NCBI GenBank assembly: GCA_050951565.1
Contig: JBMNJH010000012.1
Coordinates: forward strand, 63,141-127,140
DNA length: 64,000 bases
Reading direction: 5' to 3'
Source of the DNA: Peptococcia bacterium
Lineage (GTDB): Bacteria > Bacillota > Peptococcia > DRI-13 > DTU073
The notes beneath the pieces were generated by a model. The model searched no databases and was not told the DNA's origin. It was given only the letters and a program-made list of their open reading frames with translations. A program made the position numbers and the translations under genes. Positions 41,344-62,200 of this stretch are shown here, piece by piece. Each line of letters starts with the position of its first letter. Position 1 is the first letter of the stretch.

Positions 41344-44300
41344 TTACTTGAAGTAGTTGACCCCGGCGGCAAAAATGTCTTGCTTTTTATTGCCGGGGAT
41401 ATTTTTCGCCACGTGGTCGGTGATTCGTTCATTATGCGCCATTTTCCCCAGCACGCGGCCGTCGGGACTGGTGATTCCTTCAATGGCTTCCATGGAGCCG
41501 TTGGGATTGTAGTCCATGTCGTAGGTCGGCCTGCCGTCGGGCGTGACATACTGGGTAGCCACCTGTCCGTTGGCAAAGAGGGTCTTTAAAACCTCCTCGT
41601 TGGCAATAAAGCGGCCTTCGCCGTGGGAAACGGGTAGGAGAGCCATCGTGCCTGGTTCGATGTTATTAAACCAGGGGGAAAGGTTGGATACCACTTTGGT
41701 GTAGAGGAACTTGGAAATATGGCGGCCGATGACATTGTAGGTAAGGGTTGGGCAGTTTTCGTCAATGGGGCGGATTTCGCCGTAGGGGACAAGTCCCAGT
41801 TTGATTAGAGCCTGGAAGCCGTTACAGATACCCAGCATCAGGCCGTCCCGGTGTTTGAGCAGGGTCATTACCGCCTCCTGGATGCGGGGATTACGGAAGA
41901 CGGTCGCAATAAACCTGCCGGAGCCGTCCGGCTCGTCACCGGCGCTGAAGCCGCCGGGGATTGCAATGATTTGGGCTTGGGCGATTTTTTGTGCGATGCG
42001 TTCCAGGGATTCCTCGATTTCCGGGGAACTGAGATTCCGGATCACCATGGTGTCCACTAGCGCCCCGGCTCTTGCAAAGGCATTGGCCATGTCGTACTCA
42101 CAGTTGGTGCCCGGAAAAACGGGAAGGAAGACCCGCGGTTTGGCAAAAGCAGTTGCCTTAACGCCGGCCATCCCGGGAACGATTCGAGCTGGGCTTGTTT
42201 CCGTCCTTGTCTGGTTGCTTTGGTTGGGAACGTTGGTTTGGTTGGCCCGGTGGGCAAAGAACAAGTCGTCACGCGGCGTTGAATCAGTGGGCAGGTTGAC
42301 CCGGGTGGGGAAGATTTTTTCCAGGGGTTCTTCCCAGCTCTGCCGGACCTTTTCCAGCGGGATGCTCTCATCGCCCAGGGTGATTTCCGCCTTTTCCTGC
42401 GTGTGACCCATGACCTGATAGGGAAGACCGGCCAGGAGGCGGGTCACATCCTGCCCGGGCGCTATCTCAAGAAGGATTGAGCCGTACAGGGGGGCAAACA
42501 GGTGGGCATTGGGGAGAGCGGATTCCTGGGATGACCCGAGAAAGGCCGGGTCAAAGGCAAAGCCCACCATGTTCCCCAAAGCCATTTCGCTGACGGCCGC
42601 TGCAATCCCGCCGGAGCGGATACTGCGGGCCGCAAGAATCTTCCCGCTCTGGATCAGCTCGTAAAGGGCGGTATAATTCTTTTTCAGTTGTTCAAAATCC
42701 GGAAGCTCGTTTTCATCAAAAGGAAGGGAAAGTAAGACCACGGGATTGTTGGCTGCCTTGAATTCCGTCGATATTACTTTGCGTACGTCCTCGACCACAT
42801 TGACGGCAAAGGAGATCAGGGTAGGAGGAACGGAAAGGTCCTTGAAGGTGCCCGACATGCTGTCTTTTCCGCCGATGGAAGGCAGCTTTAGTTGCAGTTG
42901 GGTGTGGTAGGCGCCCAAAAGAGCCGCCAGGGGTTTGCCCCATTTTTCCGGATTGTGGCCCAGCTTCTCGAAGTATTCCTGGAAGGAGAAGCGGATTTTC
43001 CGGTAATCACCGCCCATGCAGGCAATTTTGGCACAGGATTCAACGATGGCGAAAACGGCGCCGTGGAATGGACTCCACATGCCAATTTCCGGGTTATAAC
43101 CGTAAGCCATCAGGGTTCCGGTGGTGGTTTCCCCGTCCGGCACTGGAATTTTGGCGGCCATCCCCTCCTGGGGGCTGAGTTGGTAGGCGCCGCCTAAGGG
43201 CATCAGTACGGTCCCGGCACCGATGGTGCTGTCGAACATCTCAATGAGGCCCCGTTGGCTGCAGTGATTGAGGTTGGTCAGGTTGTCCAGCCAGGTCTTG
43301 GTCAGGTTATGGGCCAAATCAGCTTCATTAATATCGGCCGGAAGCGTGCGGAAATATGACGCCTCTTTTTGCGGAGCAAGGACCCGGGCTGTGGCGTATT
43401 GTTTGGCTCCGTTGGAGTTCAGAAACTCCCGGCTCAAATCCACGATGGCCTTGCCGCGCCAGTATAGTTTCACCCTGTTTTCGGCACTAACGGTGGCCAC
43501 TGTGGTTGCTTCCAGGTTTTCTTCCCGGGCGCGGCGGATGAATTCCGCTTCGTCGGCGGCGGAAACGACTACCGCCATTCTTTCCTGGGATTCGGAAATG
43601 GCCAGTTCCGTGCCGTCCAGCCCCTCGTATTTTTTGGGGACCTTATCGAGATTGACTTCCAGGCCGTCGGCTAATTCGCCAATCGCGACAGAAACGCCGC
43701 CGGCTCCAAAGTCATTACATTTTTTAATCATCAGGCTGACTTCGGGATTACGGAAGAGCCGCTGGATTTTCCGTTCGGTGGGGGCATTCCCTTTTTGCAC
43801 TTCGGAACAGCAGGTGACGAGGGATTCTTCGGTATGCTCCTTGGAGGAGCCGGTGGCCCCGCCACAGCCGTCCCGGCCGGTACGGCCGCCCACCAGGATA
43901 ATCACATCCCCGGGAACCGGTTTTTCTCGTTTGACGTTTTTCTGCGGCGCGGCGCCGATCACGGCCCCGACTTCCATTCTTTTGGCCACAAAATTGGGAT
44001 GGTAGACTTCCGCAACCTGTCCGGTGGCCAGCCCTACCTGGTTGCCGTAGGAACTGTAGCCTGCCGCGGCGCCGGTGGTAATCTTTTTTTGGGGCAGTTT
44101 GCCCGGCAGGGTCTCTTCGATCCTGGCCCGGGGGTCGCCGCTACCGGATACCCGCATGGCTTGATAGACAAAGGCGCGGCCAGAGAGGGGGTCACGAATC
44201 GCCCCGCCGAGGCAGGTGGCAGCCCCCCCGAAGGGTTCAATTTCGGTGGGGTGGTTATGGGTTTCGTTTTTAAACATGACTAGCCAGTCTTCCGGGCCCT

Positions 44301-45261
44301 TTTCCGTATTGACTTTGACCACGATACTGCTGGCATTGATTTCATCGGAGACTTCCAGGTCGTCCAGGTAGCCGTCTTTTTTCAGGTGCCGCATTGCTAC
44401 CGTAGCCAAGTCCATAAGGGTAATCTCCTTTTCTTTGCCCGGTTTGGTAACGGCCGGCCGGTTGGTCACATAATTCTGGTAAATACGCTGCATCAGTTCG
44501 GCAAAGGGTCCCTCGGCAAAACTGACCTCTTTTAGTACCGTGTGGAAAGTGGTATGCCGGCAATGGTCGGACCAGTAGGTATCGATGACCCGGATTTCCG
44601 TAATGGTGGGGTCACGTTTTTCGTTGTTTTTGAAATAATCCTGGCAAAAGGCCAGGTCAGCCGGGGACATGGCCAGCCCCAGCTTGTCAATCAGGTCTTG
44701 CAAGCCGTTTTCTGATAAGTTTATAAAGCCGGTCAGGATTTCCACGTCCTGCGGGACTTCCATTTGGGTTTGCAGGGTGGTGGGTTTTTCCAGGGACGCT
44801 TTCCGGGTTTCGATGGGGTTGATGCAATAGTCCCGGATGCGCCGGAGTTCTTCCGGGGAAAGCTCCCCTTGAAGCACCAGCAGTTTAGCCGTGCGAACCA
44901 ACGGCAGTTCGCCGCGGGTCAGAATCTGGATGCATTGGGCGGCGGAGTCGGCTCTTTGGTCGTATTGGCCGGGCAGGTACTCGATGGGCAGCACATGGTC
45001 ATTGGGCCCGAAGGAGACCTCCTCCAGGTAAATCCAGTCCACCGTGGGTTCGGCAAATATGGTTTGCCGGGCAGCCTCAAATTCGGCCGGGCTGATTCCT
45101 TCCACATCATAGCGGTTGAGAATTCGTAAACCGGTAAGGCCGTCCAGGTTCAGCATCATTTTTAGATCGTTAAACAGCTTTTGGGCTTCGATGTCGAAAC
45201 CCGGTTTCTTTTCCACAAAGATGCGCAAGACATTCGGATCGCTCAAGTTCATCCACCTCAT
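41344..45261 (-). CDS. purL: phosphoribosylformylglycinamidine synthase, single-chain (PurS/PurL/PurQ fused) form
   Basis: 1305 aa with FGAM synthetase domains and a C-terminal class I glutaminase (GICNGFQAL; SHGEG). Confidence 0.93.
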   Translation of the reverse strand: MRWMNLSDPNVLRIFVEKKPGFDIEAQKLFNDLKMMLNLDGLTGLRILNRYDVEGISPAEFEAARQTIFAEPTVDWIYLEEVSFGPNDHVLPIEYLPGQYDQRADSAAQCIQILTRGELPLVRTAKLLVLQGELSPEELRRIRDYCINPIETRKASLEKPTTLQTQMEVPQDVEILTGFINLSENGLQDLIDKLGLAMSPADLAFCQDYFKNNEKRDPTITEIRVIDTYWSDHCRHTTFHTVLKEVSFAEGPFAELMQRIYQNYVTNRPAVTKPGKEKEITLMDLATVAMRHLKKDGYLDDLEVSDEINASSIVVKVNTEKGPEDWLVMFKNETHNHPTEIEPFGGAATCLGGAIRDPLSGRAFVYQAMRVSGSGDPRARIEETLPGKLPQKKITTGAAAGYSSYGNQVGLATGQVAEVYHPNFVAKRMEVGAVIGAAPQKNVKREKPVPGDVIILVGGRTGRDGCGGATGSSKEHTEESLVTCCSEVQKGNAPTERKIQRLFRNPEVSLMIKKCNDFGAGGVSVAIGELADGLEVNLDKVPKKYEGLDGTELAISESQERMAVVVSAADEAEFIRRAREENLEATTVATVSAENRVKLYWRGKAIVDLSREFLNSNGAKQYATARVLAPQKEASYFRTLPADINEADLAHNLTKTWLDNLTNLNHCSQRGLIEMFDSTIGAGTVLMPLGGAYQLSPQEGMAAKIPVPDGETTTGTLMAYGYNPEIGMWSPFHGAVFAIVESCAKIACMGGDYRKIRFSFQEYFEKLGHNPEKWGKPLAALLGAYHTQLQLKLPSIGGKDSMSGTFKDLSVPPTLISFAVNVVEDVRKVISTEFKAANNPVVLLSLPFDENELPDFEQLKKNYTALYELIQSGKILAARSIRSGGIAAAVSEMALGNMVGFAFDPAFLGSSQESALPNAHLFAPLYGSILLEIAPGQDVTRLLAGLPYQVMGHTQEKAEITLGDESIPLEKVRQSWEEPLEKIFPTRVNLPTDSTPRDDLFFAHRANQTNVPNQSNQTRTETSPARIVPGMAGVKATAFAKPRVFLPVFPGTNCEYDMANAFARAGALVDTMVIRNLSSPEIEESLERIAQKIAQAQIIAIPGGFSAGDEPDGSGRFIATVFRNPRIQEAVMTLLKHRDGLMLGICNGFQALIKLGLVPYGEIRPIDENCPTLTYNVIGRHISKFLYTKVVSNLSPWFNNIEPGTMALLPVSHGEGRFIANEEVLKTLFANGQVATQYVTPDGRPTYDMDYNPNGSMEAIEGITSPDGRVLGKMAHNERITDHVAKNIPGNKKQDIFAAGVNYFK

Positions 45262-45610
45262 CTTTTCGTTGCTTTTTGCTCGAAGCGTAATGATTACCTA
45301 TATATAATAAATGATTAGGTTGAAGAAGTAAACCGATGGGAGGAAACAGGCGGCTCAAAGGTTTGTGAAAAAGGGCACTTGCGCAAGTTCCAAAAGCATT
45401 TTTACAAAAAAAGCAGGAATATGTAAAAGGATTGGAGAAAATATGAAGTAGAGTGATTTTTTTATGAAACATAAAAATTGATAATAAAGTGGGGGGTTTT
45501 GAACCAATTATAGACAAGATTTATTAATAATTATATAATAAATATTAATTATATTTTGTTATTGTGCCCATTTATTAAATTTTTTCGGATTATCCTTAAT
45601 TATTTTTTAA

Positions 45611-53278
<7,668 letters not shown>

Positions 53279-53289
53279 AACAAGGGGGT

Positions 53290-54066
53290 GTGAAGTTGGA
53301 TATTTTTCTTGCTGTCATCATCGTAATCCTGCTCATGAACAGCTTCTTGTTCCTGGTTTTTAAAAGGATCGCGGTGAATGTGGGCAAGCATGCGCAGAAT
53401 TACGTGGTGCGGCAGCTCTCGGCATACGATGACCTGATTAAGAAAAAAGCACAAAAACTGCATGAATTAAATGAAGCCATCAATAACGAACAAGCCCAGA
53501 TGGCGAAGGAGCCTGTCCAAGTCAAGGAAAGCGTTCCGAAACCGATTAATCCCTTTGCTTTTTTGCCCGGAAATTATCTGGACACCAGTTTTTTAGGCAA
53601 CTATCGCAAGGTGCGGGAGTTTTTCCACTTTGATCATCGACTATGTATTAAAAATGTGCTTGAACTGTACGACACCGAGCAAGAGGACATCAAGTCTTTA
53701 CTGAGCAGGCAGATTTTAGTCCGCTTTTCCCTGGAAAACCGCTTCGGCATTGCGACCATGGAGGAGCAAGACCAATTAGCAGTTTTTAAGGAAATGTTGA
53801 ATAACGAAGAACAAAGCCTTTTGGAGGAATATTGCGCTTCCCATCCCTCGTTTGATTGTATAAGCTTTTTTGACTGGCTGGAAGTAGTATCTTTTCGTTC
53901 TAATCCTGAGGTGGTGATCCGAACCGGCGAAAGCAAAGAAAACCTGACCTGGTTAAACGACCGGATTAGGATGGAGTACGACAGCAGTATTTGCGAAGGC
54001 ATTCAGGTTGTTTTGTGGAATAAGCTTTATGATTTTTCGATACAGAAAAGGGAGTTATGCGGATGA
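53290..54066 (+). CDS. stator-like protein: N-terminal TM helix plus coiled coil (subunit b-like), with a C-terminal region showing a delta/OSCP-like motif
   Basis: TM helix IFLAVIIVILLMNSFLFLVF, then the charged helix YDDLIKKKAQKLHELNEAINNEQAQMAKE. The C-terminus EYDSSICEGIQVVLWNKLYDFSIQKREL resembles the delta C-terminus (..D.sliGG..v..gd..iD.S....L). The start is ambiguous (GTG 53290 or TTG 53296). Confidence 0.45.
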   Translation: MKLDIFLAVIIVILLMNSFLFLVFKRIAVNVGKHAQNYVVRQLSAYDDLIKKKAQKLHELNEAINNEQAQMAKEPVQVKESVPKPINPFAFLPGNYLDTSFLGNYRKVREFFHFDHRLCIKNVLELYDTEQEDIKSLLSRQILVRFSLENRFGIATMEEQDQLAVFKEMLNNEEQSLLEEYCASHPSFDCISFFDWLEVVSFRSNPEVVIRTGESKENLTWLNDRIRMEYDSSICEGIQVVLWNKLYDFSIQKRELCG

Positions 54067-55384
54067 ACGAACATTTAAATGATGTTATTCAGAAAAAAAT
54101 CGATACAATCAAACAGAAGAAAAACATTTACGAGTTGGGCCTTGTGACCAATGTCCATGACTATATCCTCGAAGTAAGTGGCCTGGAAAACGCGGCCTTT
54201 TTCGAGCACGTGGTGATTGGCGACAAGGCCGAAGGCTATGTCAACAATATCGGACGTAATACGGTGACCGTAGTGCTGGCCAAAAGAAACGCTCCGGTTT
54301 TTGTGGGCGACAAGGTGGCTGCGACCGGCGAGCAGTTTTGCGCTTTCTATTCCCCCGACTCCATCGGCCGGATTGTGGACATGTTTGGTCAGGATGTGAT
54401 GCGGGACCAGTTTTTCAGCAACCGGGAAAAAATCCCCATTGAAACGCCCCCGATCCCGATTATGGACCGGACCAGTGTGAATCGTCCCCTTTATACGGGG
54501 ATTACGGGGATTGATTTGCTTTATCCCATTGGGAAAGGGCAGCGTCAGTTGATTATCGGCGATAAGAAAACCGGGAAGACGCAAATCGCCCTTGATGCCA
54601 TCGTCAATCAACGACAGGACGAAGTGCTGTGTATCTATATTGCCATCGGAAAAACTAAAAAAGAAGTCAAAGAGGTTTACAGCGAGTTGCTTTCCCATGG
54701 GGCGATGGAGTACACGATTATTCTGGCGGCCTTCCAGGATGAATGTGCCCCGGTCTTGTGCAACACGCCCAGTGTGGGGGTTACCATTGCCGAGCATTAT
54801 ATGCTGCAAGGGATGGATGTGCTGGTGGTGATTGACGATTTGAAACAGCATGCCGACAATTACCGGGAAATCAGCCTGCTTTCCGGAAGAGTGCCTGGCC
54901 GGGACGCTTATCCGGCGGATATCTTTTTCGCCCATGCCAGTTTGCTGGAAAAAGGCTGCCAGCATAAGGACGGCGGTTCGATTACGATCCTACCGATTAC
55001 GGAAACGAAAGGCGGGGACATTACCGATTACATCTCCACCAACATTATTTCCATTACCGACGGGCAGATCGTGCTTTCCGCCAAAAACTTCGAAAAAGGG
55101 CAAAAACCGGCCATTAACTATGGCTTGTCCGTCTCCCGTTTAGGTGGCGCGGTGCAGACGAAAGAACTTAAGAAGTTAGGTTCCGTGGTGCGCCGGGAAC
55201 TGTTGTCTTATTTAGAATCACGGGCAGTTTTTGAACTGGCCAATACCGAAGAAATGAGCGAAGACTTGCGGCAGAAGATGGGAGTGGGCAGTGAAATCCT
55301 GAAGCGGATGAACCAGTACAAGTTTGAAGCCCGCGCGCCCGAAGAAATGGTCCAGCTCTTTCAAGAATTGGTGGTGGTTCCTGA

Positions 55385-55388
<4 letters not shown>
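54063..55388 (+). CDS. F1 ATPase alpha-subunit homologue (short, ~441 aa)
   Basis: GIDLLYPIGKGQRQLIIGDKKTGKT (Walker A), VLVVIDDLKQHADNYREISLL..PGRDAYPADIF, and PAINYGLSVSRLGG (Arg finger). The ATG overlaps the upstream stop (ATGA). It lacks about 60 C-terminal aa compared with typical alpha subunits. Confidence 0.85.
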
Positions 55389-57528
<2,140 letters not shown>

Positions 57529-57561
57529 GACGAGCTTTGGGACAGTAAGGAGGAGTTTTCT

Positions 57562-57903
57562 TTGGAAAACGAGGGAAGGACGGTTGAATCTACGGAAAAA
57601 GCAATCCAGCAGGAGAGCGACAGTAACGGCGCCGGCATGGAAGTGCGCATTTCCAGTTTCGAAAAAGGGCTGGAAGTGTACCAGAATGTGCTCTTTATCC
57701 GGGTGACCAGCGAGAAATACAACCTCCTTATCATGGAGGATTACATGCCCATCATCGGCAAAGTGGAGGGCAGTGTTACTTTTCTGGCGGAAGATCAGGA
57801 ACATACGCTGGAAAACATCGAAGGTTTTTTCTATCACAAACATAATGTTTTTTCGTTGTTAATAAAGGAGAGTTCCCATGTGGACGAAGATCATGCAGAC
57901 TGA
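57562..57903 (+). CDS. F1 epsilon-subunit-like protein (beta-sandwich domain only, no C-terminal helical hairpin)
   Basis: aaggagga RBS 8 nt before TTG 57562 (ATG 57637 is the alternative). MEVRISSFEKGLEVYQNVLFIRVTSEKYNLLIMEDYMPIIGKVEGSVTF fits the epsilon N-domain pattern (..v.tpeg..gilpgH.P.i..l..G.v.). Confidence 0.5.
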   Translation: MENEGRTVESTEKAIQQESDSNGAGMEVRISSFEKGLEVYQNVLFIRVTSEKYNLLIMEDYMPIIGKVEGSVTFLAEDQEHTLENIEGFFYHKHNVFSLLIKESSHVDEDHAD

Positions 57904-58462
57904 GGTACCATGGACCAATGTGATGCAGGCGCTTCTGGAATTTAAGTGGCTGGTTATGGTCACGGTGGGTGTCGGTTTGCTGGTGGGCATCATCGGCTTA
58001 TTGCTGTCCCGCAATTTGCGCTGGCATCAGAAACGGGTGAAGGTCCTGGGTGTTTTTCTTAATTTAAGCGCCCGGGATAATCTCCTGCTGTGTATTGCTT
58101 TGTCCCGGTGCCTGTTTGTGGTAAGCGCGGTCGCTTTTTGCGTGGGAATCGATACGACGCAGCTTTGTTTATTCATTATGCTGTGTATTTTATATAACCT
58201 TTTAGCCTTTCGTTTTTCCGTTTTTTTATTCGATTTGTTCAACAGCGCGGTTATCTGTGCCGCGTTACTGGTGGGCAACATTCTGACTGGCTTTTTGCAG
58301 GAGGTACGTTTCGACTGGCGCACGATTACCGTGTATGTTTTGTTGGCCATTTTTATCAGCGTTTATTCCGCCTTTTTCTTCTTGCGGGATGTGGCGCGGA
58401 TCGCGCAGCGGGAACCGAAGCGCAAGGGAATCAAGAACGAAGAGGAACAAGAAGCAACCTAA
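57878..58462 (+). CDS. 5-TM membrane protein, tentative Fo subunit a analogue lacking the conserved Arg
   Basis: aaggag RBS; overlaps the epsilon-like gene by 26 nt. About five hydrophobic helices. The TM4 segment AALLVGNILTGF resembles the subunit-a motif LRLFGNxxxG with Leu at the Arg position. Confidence 0.35.
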   Translation: MWTKIMQTEVPWTNVMQALLEFKWLVMVTVGVGLLVGIIGLLLSRNLRWHQKRVKVLGVFLNLSARDNLLLCIALSRCLFVVSAVAFCVGIDTTQLCLFIMLCILYNLLAFRFSVFLFDLFNSAVICAALLVGNILTGFLQEVRFDWRTITVYVLLAIFISVYSAFFFLRDVARIAQREPKRKGIKNEEEQEAT

Positions 58463-58484
58463 AGGGAAGAAAGGGAGACGAAAA

Positions 58485-59213
58485 ATGAACGCGATGCGGG
58501 TGCAAGGGCAAAAAAGAAGATTAAACAAGGACAGATTATTAATTATCGCGATTGTGCTCATTTGTGCGGGGCTGCTCTCCGCCGTGGCCGTATATATTTT
58601 CTTTTTGGATAACCGGTTGATTAAAGAAGATTTGTACCTTTATGATATCGGTTTTCGTTTTGATTATCCCGGCCCGTCGCGGATTCAGAAAACGGATGAA
58701 GGAATGGTCCTGAAAAACAACGGGAAAGAGCTGTTACTGCAAACAAGTCCGCTTTTTTACAAGGAAGAGGAACGCATCTTCCTGCCGACGGTCATGGTGG
58801 CTTGTTTGCCGTCCGAGCGCAAGTTTGGCCGGGTAGATTACTTTACGGAAGTTTACCGGGATCAAGACGGAATTTACGCGCAACTGGGGCGGCAAAGCAT
58901 TCCCTTAGGAAAAGGCTTTTTGCATGATGGCAAGGACCTGTATATCTTCCTGGACAACACCACGGTCAAATGGCAGGACAAGGTGGTGCGCCTGAAACCT
59001 TTTTCCTACGCCATCGTGGTTTACAACCAGCGTTTGGAGATTTATTCGGCGAAAGGCGGCGAATGTGTTTTAGAAGATACGGGTGCCTGCAAGGTAGTGG
59101 CGGAAGCGGAGAGTGGGTACCGGATCGATTTGGGAACCGATATCCTGTACCGGGCCGACGGCAATGAACAAATGTTGTTTGCCCAGCCTTCGACGCTGAA
59201 AGAGTTGAAGTAA
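58485..59213 (+). CDS. 243-aa N-terminally anchored protein consisting only of the shared juxtamembrane module
   Basis: gggagacg RBS, a basic N-terminus and TM helix LLIIAIVLICAGLLSAVAVYIFFL. The track ORF 58335.. overlaps the upstream gene, so the internal ATG is used. Confidence 0.65.
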   Translation: MNAMRVQGQKRRLNKDRLLIIAIVLICAGLLSAVAVYIFFLDNRLIKEDLYLYDIGFRFDYPGPSRIQKTDEGMVLKNNGKELLLQTSPLFYKEEERIFLPTVMVACLPSERKFGRVDYFTEVYRDQDGIYAQLGRQSIPLGKGFLHDGKDLYIFLDNTTVKWQDKVVRLKPFSYAIVVYNQRLEIYSAKGGECVLEDTGACKVVAEAESGYRIDLGTDILYRADGNEQMLFAQPSTLKELK

Positions 59214-59227
59214 GGAGGTGTCTCGGT

Positions 59228-62200
59228 TTGAAGAAGATTGTTGCTTTAGCAGTGGTTATTCTGGCGGTTTTAGTTTTTGCAAAATATTACCAGCTCCAAA
59301 CAGTGGGGATTTTGGAGAGCAATACATATGCGGTTACGGACAACCAGATCACGCAGAGTTTGTTCTCCGACCAGGTTCCCCCCGAAAAGGCGGTGCTGGA
59401 ACCAACGGTGGCGGAGTCCCTGACTCCGCTCTACGAGTTGGGCGGCAATCTTTTTCTCGGGGAGCGGAAAAATAAGCTGAATAACGCGTATCCCCTCTTT
59501 GTCAATGACGCCGTGGCCCTCATGAACGTCAACAACAGCGCAAAGCTCATCACCGAAGATTTTGAAAGAAAGAACACCTATTACGGCCTGTACGTCAGTG
59601 ACGGCCTCTCCTTTAATGCGGATAAACAGCGGGCGGATGCTGAGACCTTTATCCTGCTGGAGTTGGCCAATAAGCTGTATATCAATGCCCGGCCCATGGA
59701 AGTACATACCATTTGCGGCGATGTCCTGATCCCGATGAACGGGGTTGTCAATTTTCAGGAAGATGCTATTCGTTATTACACTTTGGAGAAAGGGAAGTTC
59801 CACTACAAGGAAATCCCGAGAGTGGACGAGCAGACCTGGGTGCGTTTTGCCGGCAAAAAATACCCCTATTATGACTTTTTAATCGGCCTGGGCAAGCTTA
59901 AAGAACCTTCCGGGCAGGCAAGACCTGCTCTTCAGGAAGAGGAAGCCCCGCCTGAAATCCCGGAGCGGGAGGAGGAAGAAGGAAAAGCGCAGGAGGAGCC
60001 GGTGGAGCCGGCCGAATCTCCGGTGCTGAAGCCGGAAGCGCCTGAAAAAACCAAAGCAAGCTTCCGGAAGCCGCGGCTTTCGATGACCGATTTCCGGGTC
60101 AATTCGATCCAAAGGACCGCGGAGACGACCCTAAGCATCCACGACCCCTCAGGGGTCCTGACCGGTGCGATTCAGGTGATCATCCGGGACGAAAAAGGTA
60201 ATGCGCAAAGTTGGACCTTTACGAACTATGCCGAAGCGCAAAAAGGGATTTTGCAGCCTGTGGCCTTCTTTGATAACCTGGAAAACGGGATGACCTATAC
60301 CGCATACGGGACATATAGCTATATAGACGCCGACGGGCAAAAACAGACGGAGTTCTTTGGCTGGAAGACCTTCCAGGTGGAAGAGCGGCTAATCTATTTC
60401 TTTGATCTGCTGGAGATCAAAGAAGAGCCGGAGCCGGAACCGGAGTTTGTCCCCGTCAAGCCGCAGGTTAGCTGTGAGCCTTTTGTGGCATCGATTTATG
60501 ATTTGCATTCCACGTTGACCATTCACGAACGGGGCAGCCTGGTGACCGGCGGCATCCGTTTTGAGGTCTATCATGATGAGCGCATGTATATGCGCAAAAC
60601 GGTTTCGGCAAGTGGGGAATTAACCCTCGGTCCTTTGCCGCCCGCCACGGAATTTAAAATCATCGGGTACATTACCTACTTAAATGAATACAAAATAAAG
60701 GTGGAGGAAAAGTTTTTCGAACAGACCATTGCCACACTTCCGCTGGATCAGTTGGAGCCCATGTCCTTGTCCTTCCAAAACGGCAAGATCTTTTATGACC
60801 GCATTCAAATTGTGGACTTGTGTTTTGTCGATGACCCTGCGGACAGCAACCGGAAAATCGGCGCCGGTACCATTCCCTATGTGGCGAAAATTGCCGTCCT
60901 GATTGACAATAATACTTACGGCTTAAAGCCGGCCCAAATCAGCGCCATGCAGGAGGGCGGCAAAGTAGAGTATGAAACCCCGGCGGTATTGCGTTCCAAT
61001 CAGAAATACCGGTACAGAATTGTCTGTTTGGACCGGTTTGGTAACGAGTTGCCATTGACGGAGCCGGCGGAAGGGGAGACTCATACCTGTAAAGCGCCGC
61101 CGAAAGCGATTATCCGGTTGACCACCAATGAAGTGGCCAATACGGAGCTTACGGTCGAGATTGAAAACAAGGACCATGTGGAAGCGCAGAATTACCGGAT
61201 TGCCTTGTATGATATCAATGATCATTTAATCCACACGGTCAGAAGGACAGAAGGCGGGGAGGATTCCGAAGCCTCGACCCACCATGACCTGCCGGAGGAC
61301 GGCGGTAAAATCACCTTTACGAATCTGAGTGCCGGTGCGGCCTATACGGCCGTGGTCTATGCCGATTATGACCTGGACAACGGTGAAGGGATACAGGAAA
61401 ACATGGAAATCGGGCGGATTCGTTTTACGACCCTGTCCATTTCCGCGCTGGGTTATGCCATTTTTACAACGGAAGTAACGGAACTGACCGATCAGGAGGC
61501 CACCTTAACCATTTCTCTCGACAAAAACCGGACCAATCCCCAATTGCAGTTTTTACTGGATAAGGTTACGGTGCTCATTACCGGCCCCGATGGTGAGGAA
61601 ATTATGACCGTATCCCTGACGGAAGAGGAACTGGCCCGGTTCGTGGCCGGCGACGGGGAACCTTTCCAAATCGAACTAGAGAACCTGCTGAGTTCCACCG
61701 AATATGGAATTACTATTCTGGCGGAGGTAGAGCAAGGCGGGGAGATCCATGATATTAAAACGTCCAATAGCATCGATGGTTTTAAGACCCTCAAGACCGA
61801 GCCGGAGGTTGTGATCAGTTCCTATTTTTCCATTTCCAATGCCATTGAGCTGTATGACGTGATCATCAACGATCCGGACGGGGCGATTCTGAGCCATGTT
61901 AACCTGCTGGTAACGGACAGTTACGGCCGGGTGGTGGGTTCGCGCATCCTCCAGGCGAATACCCTTTATGAGACGCTCGTTTTCCCGAAACTGATTAAAA
62001 ACGAGATGTATACCTTTACCTTTGTGGCCACCGAGTTTAACAAAGGGTATGACTATACCACTTTTGAGACCCTGTATGAGCTTAAACCGGTTTATCAGAT
62101 TATCAATGAAAACAAGCTGGCCGGTGAAATCGGGCTGCAGAGCCTTGACGAGATTACCGGTGACAATGACCATTACCTGGCGAAACTGCGGGTACAAATC

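Noticed and set aside
54075-54965. 296-aa minus-strand ORF opposite the alpha-like gene. Similar antisense ORFs lie at 50207..50959, 56650..57267, 59270..59803 and 61676..62320.
   Set aside because: These are shadow ORFs on the strand opposite to genes with clear motifs. They have no RBS and no recognisable domains.
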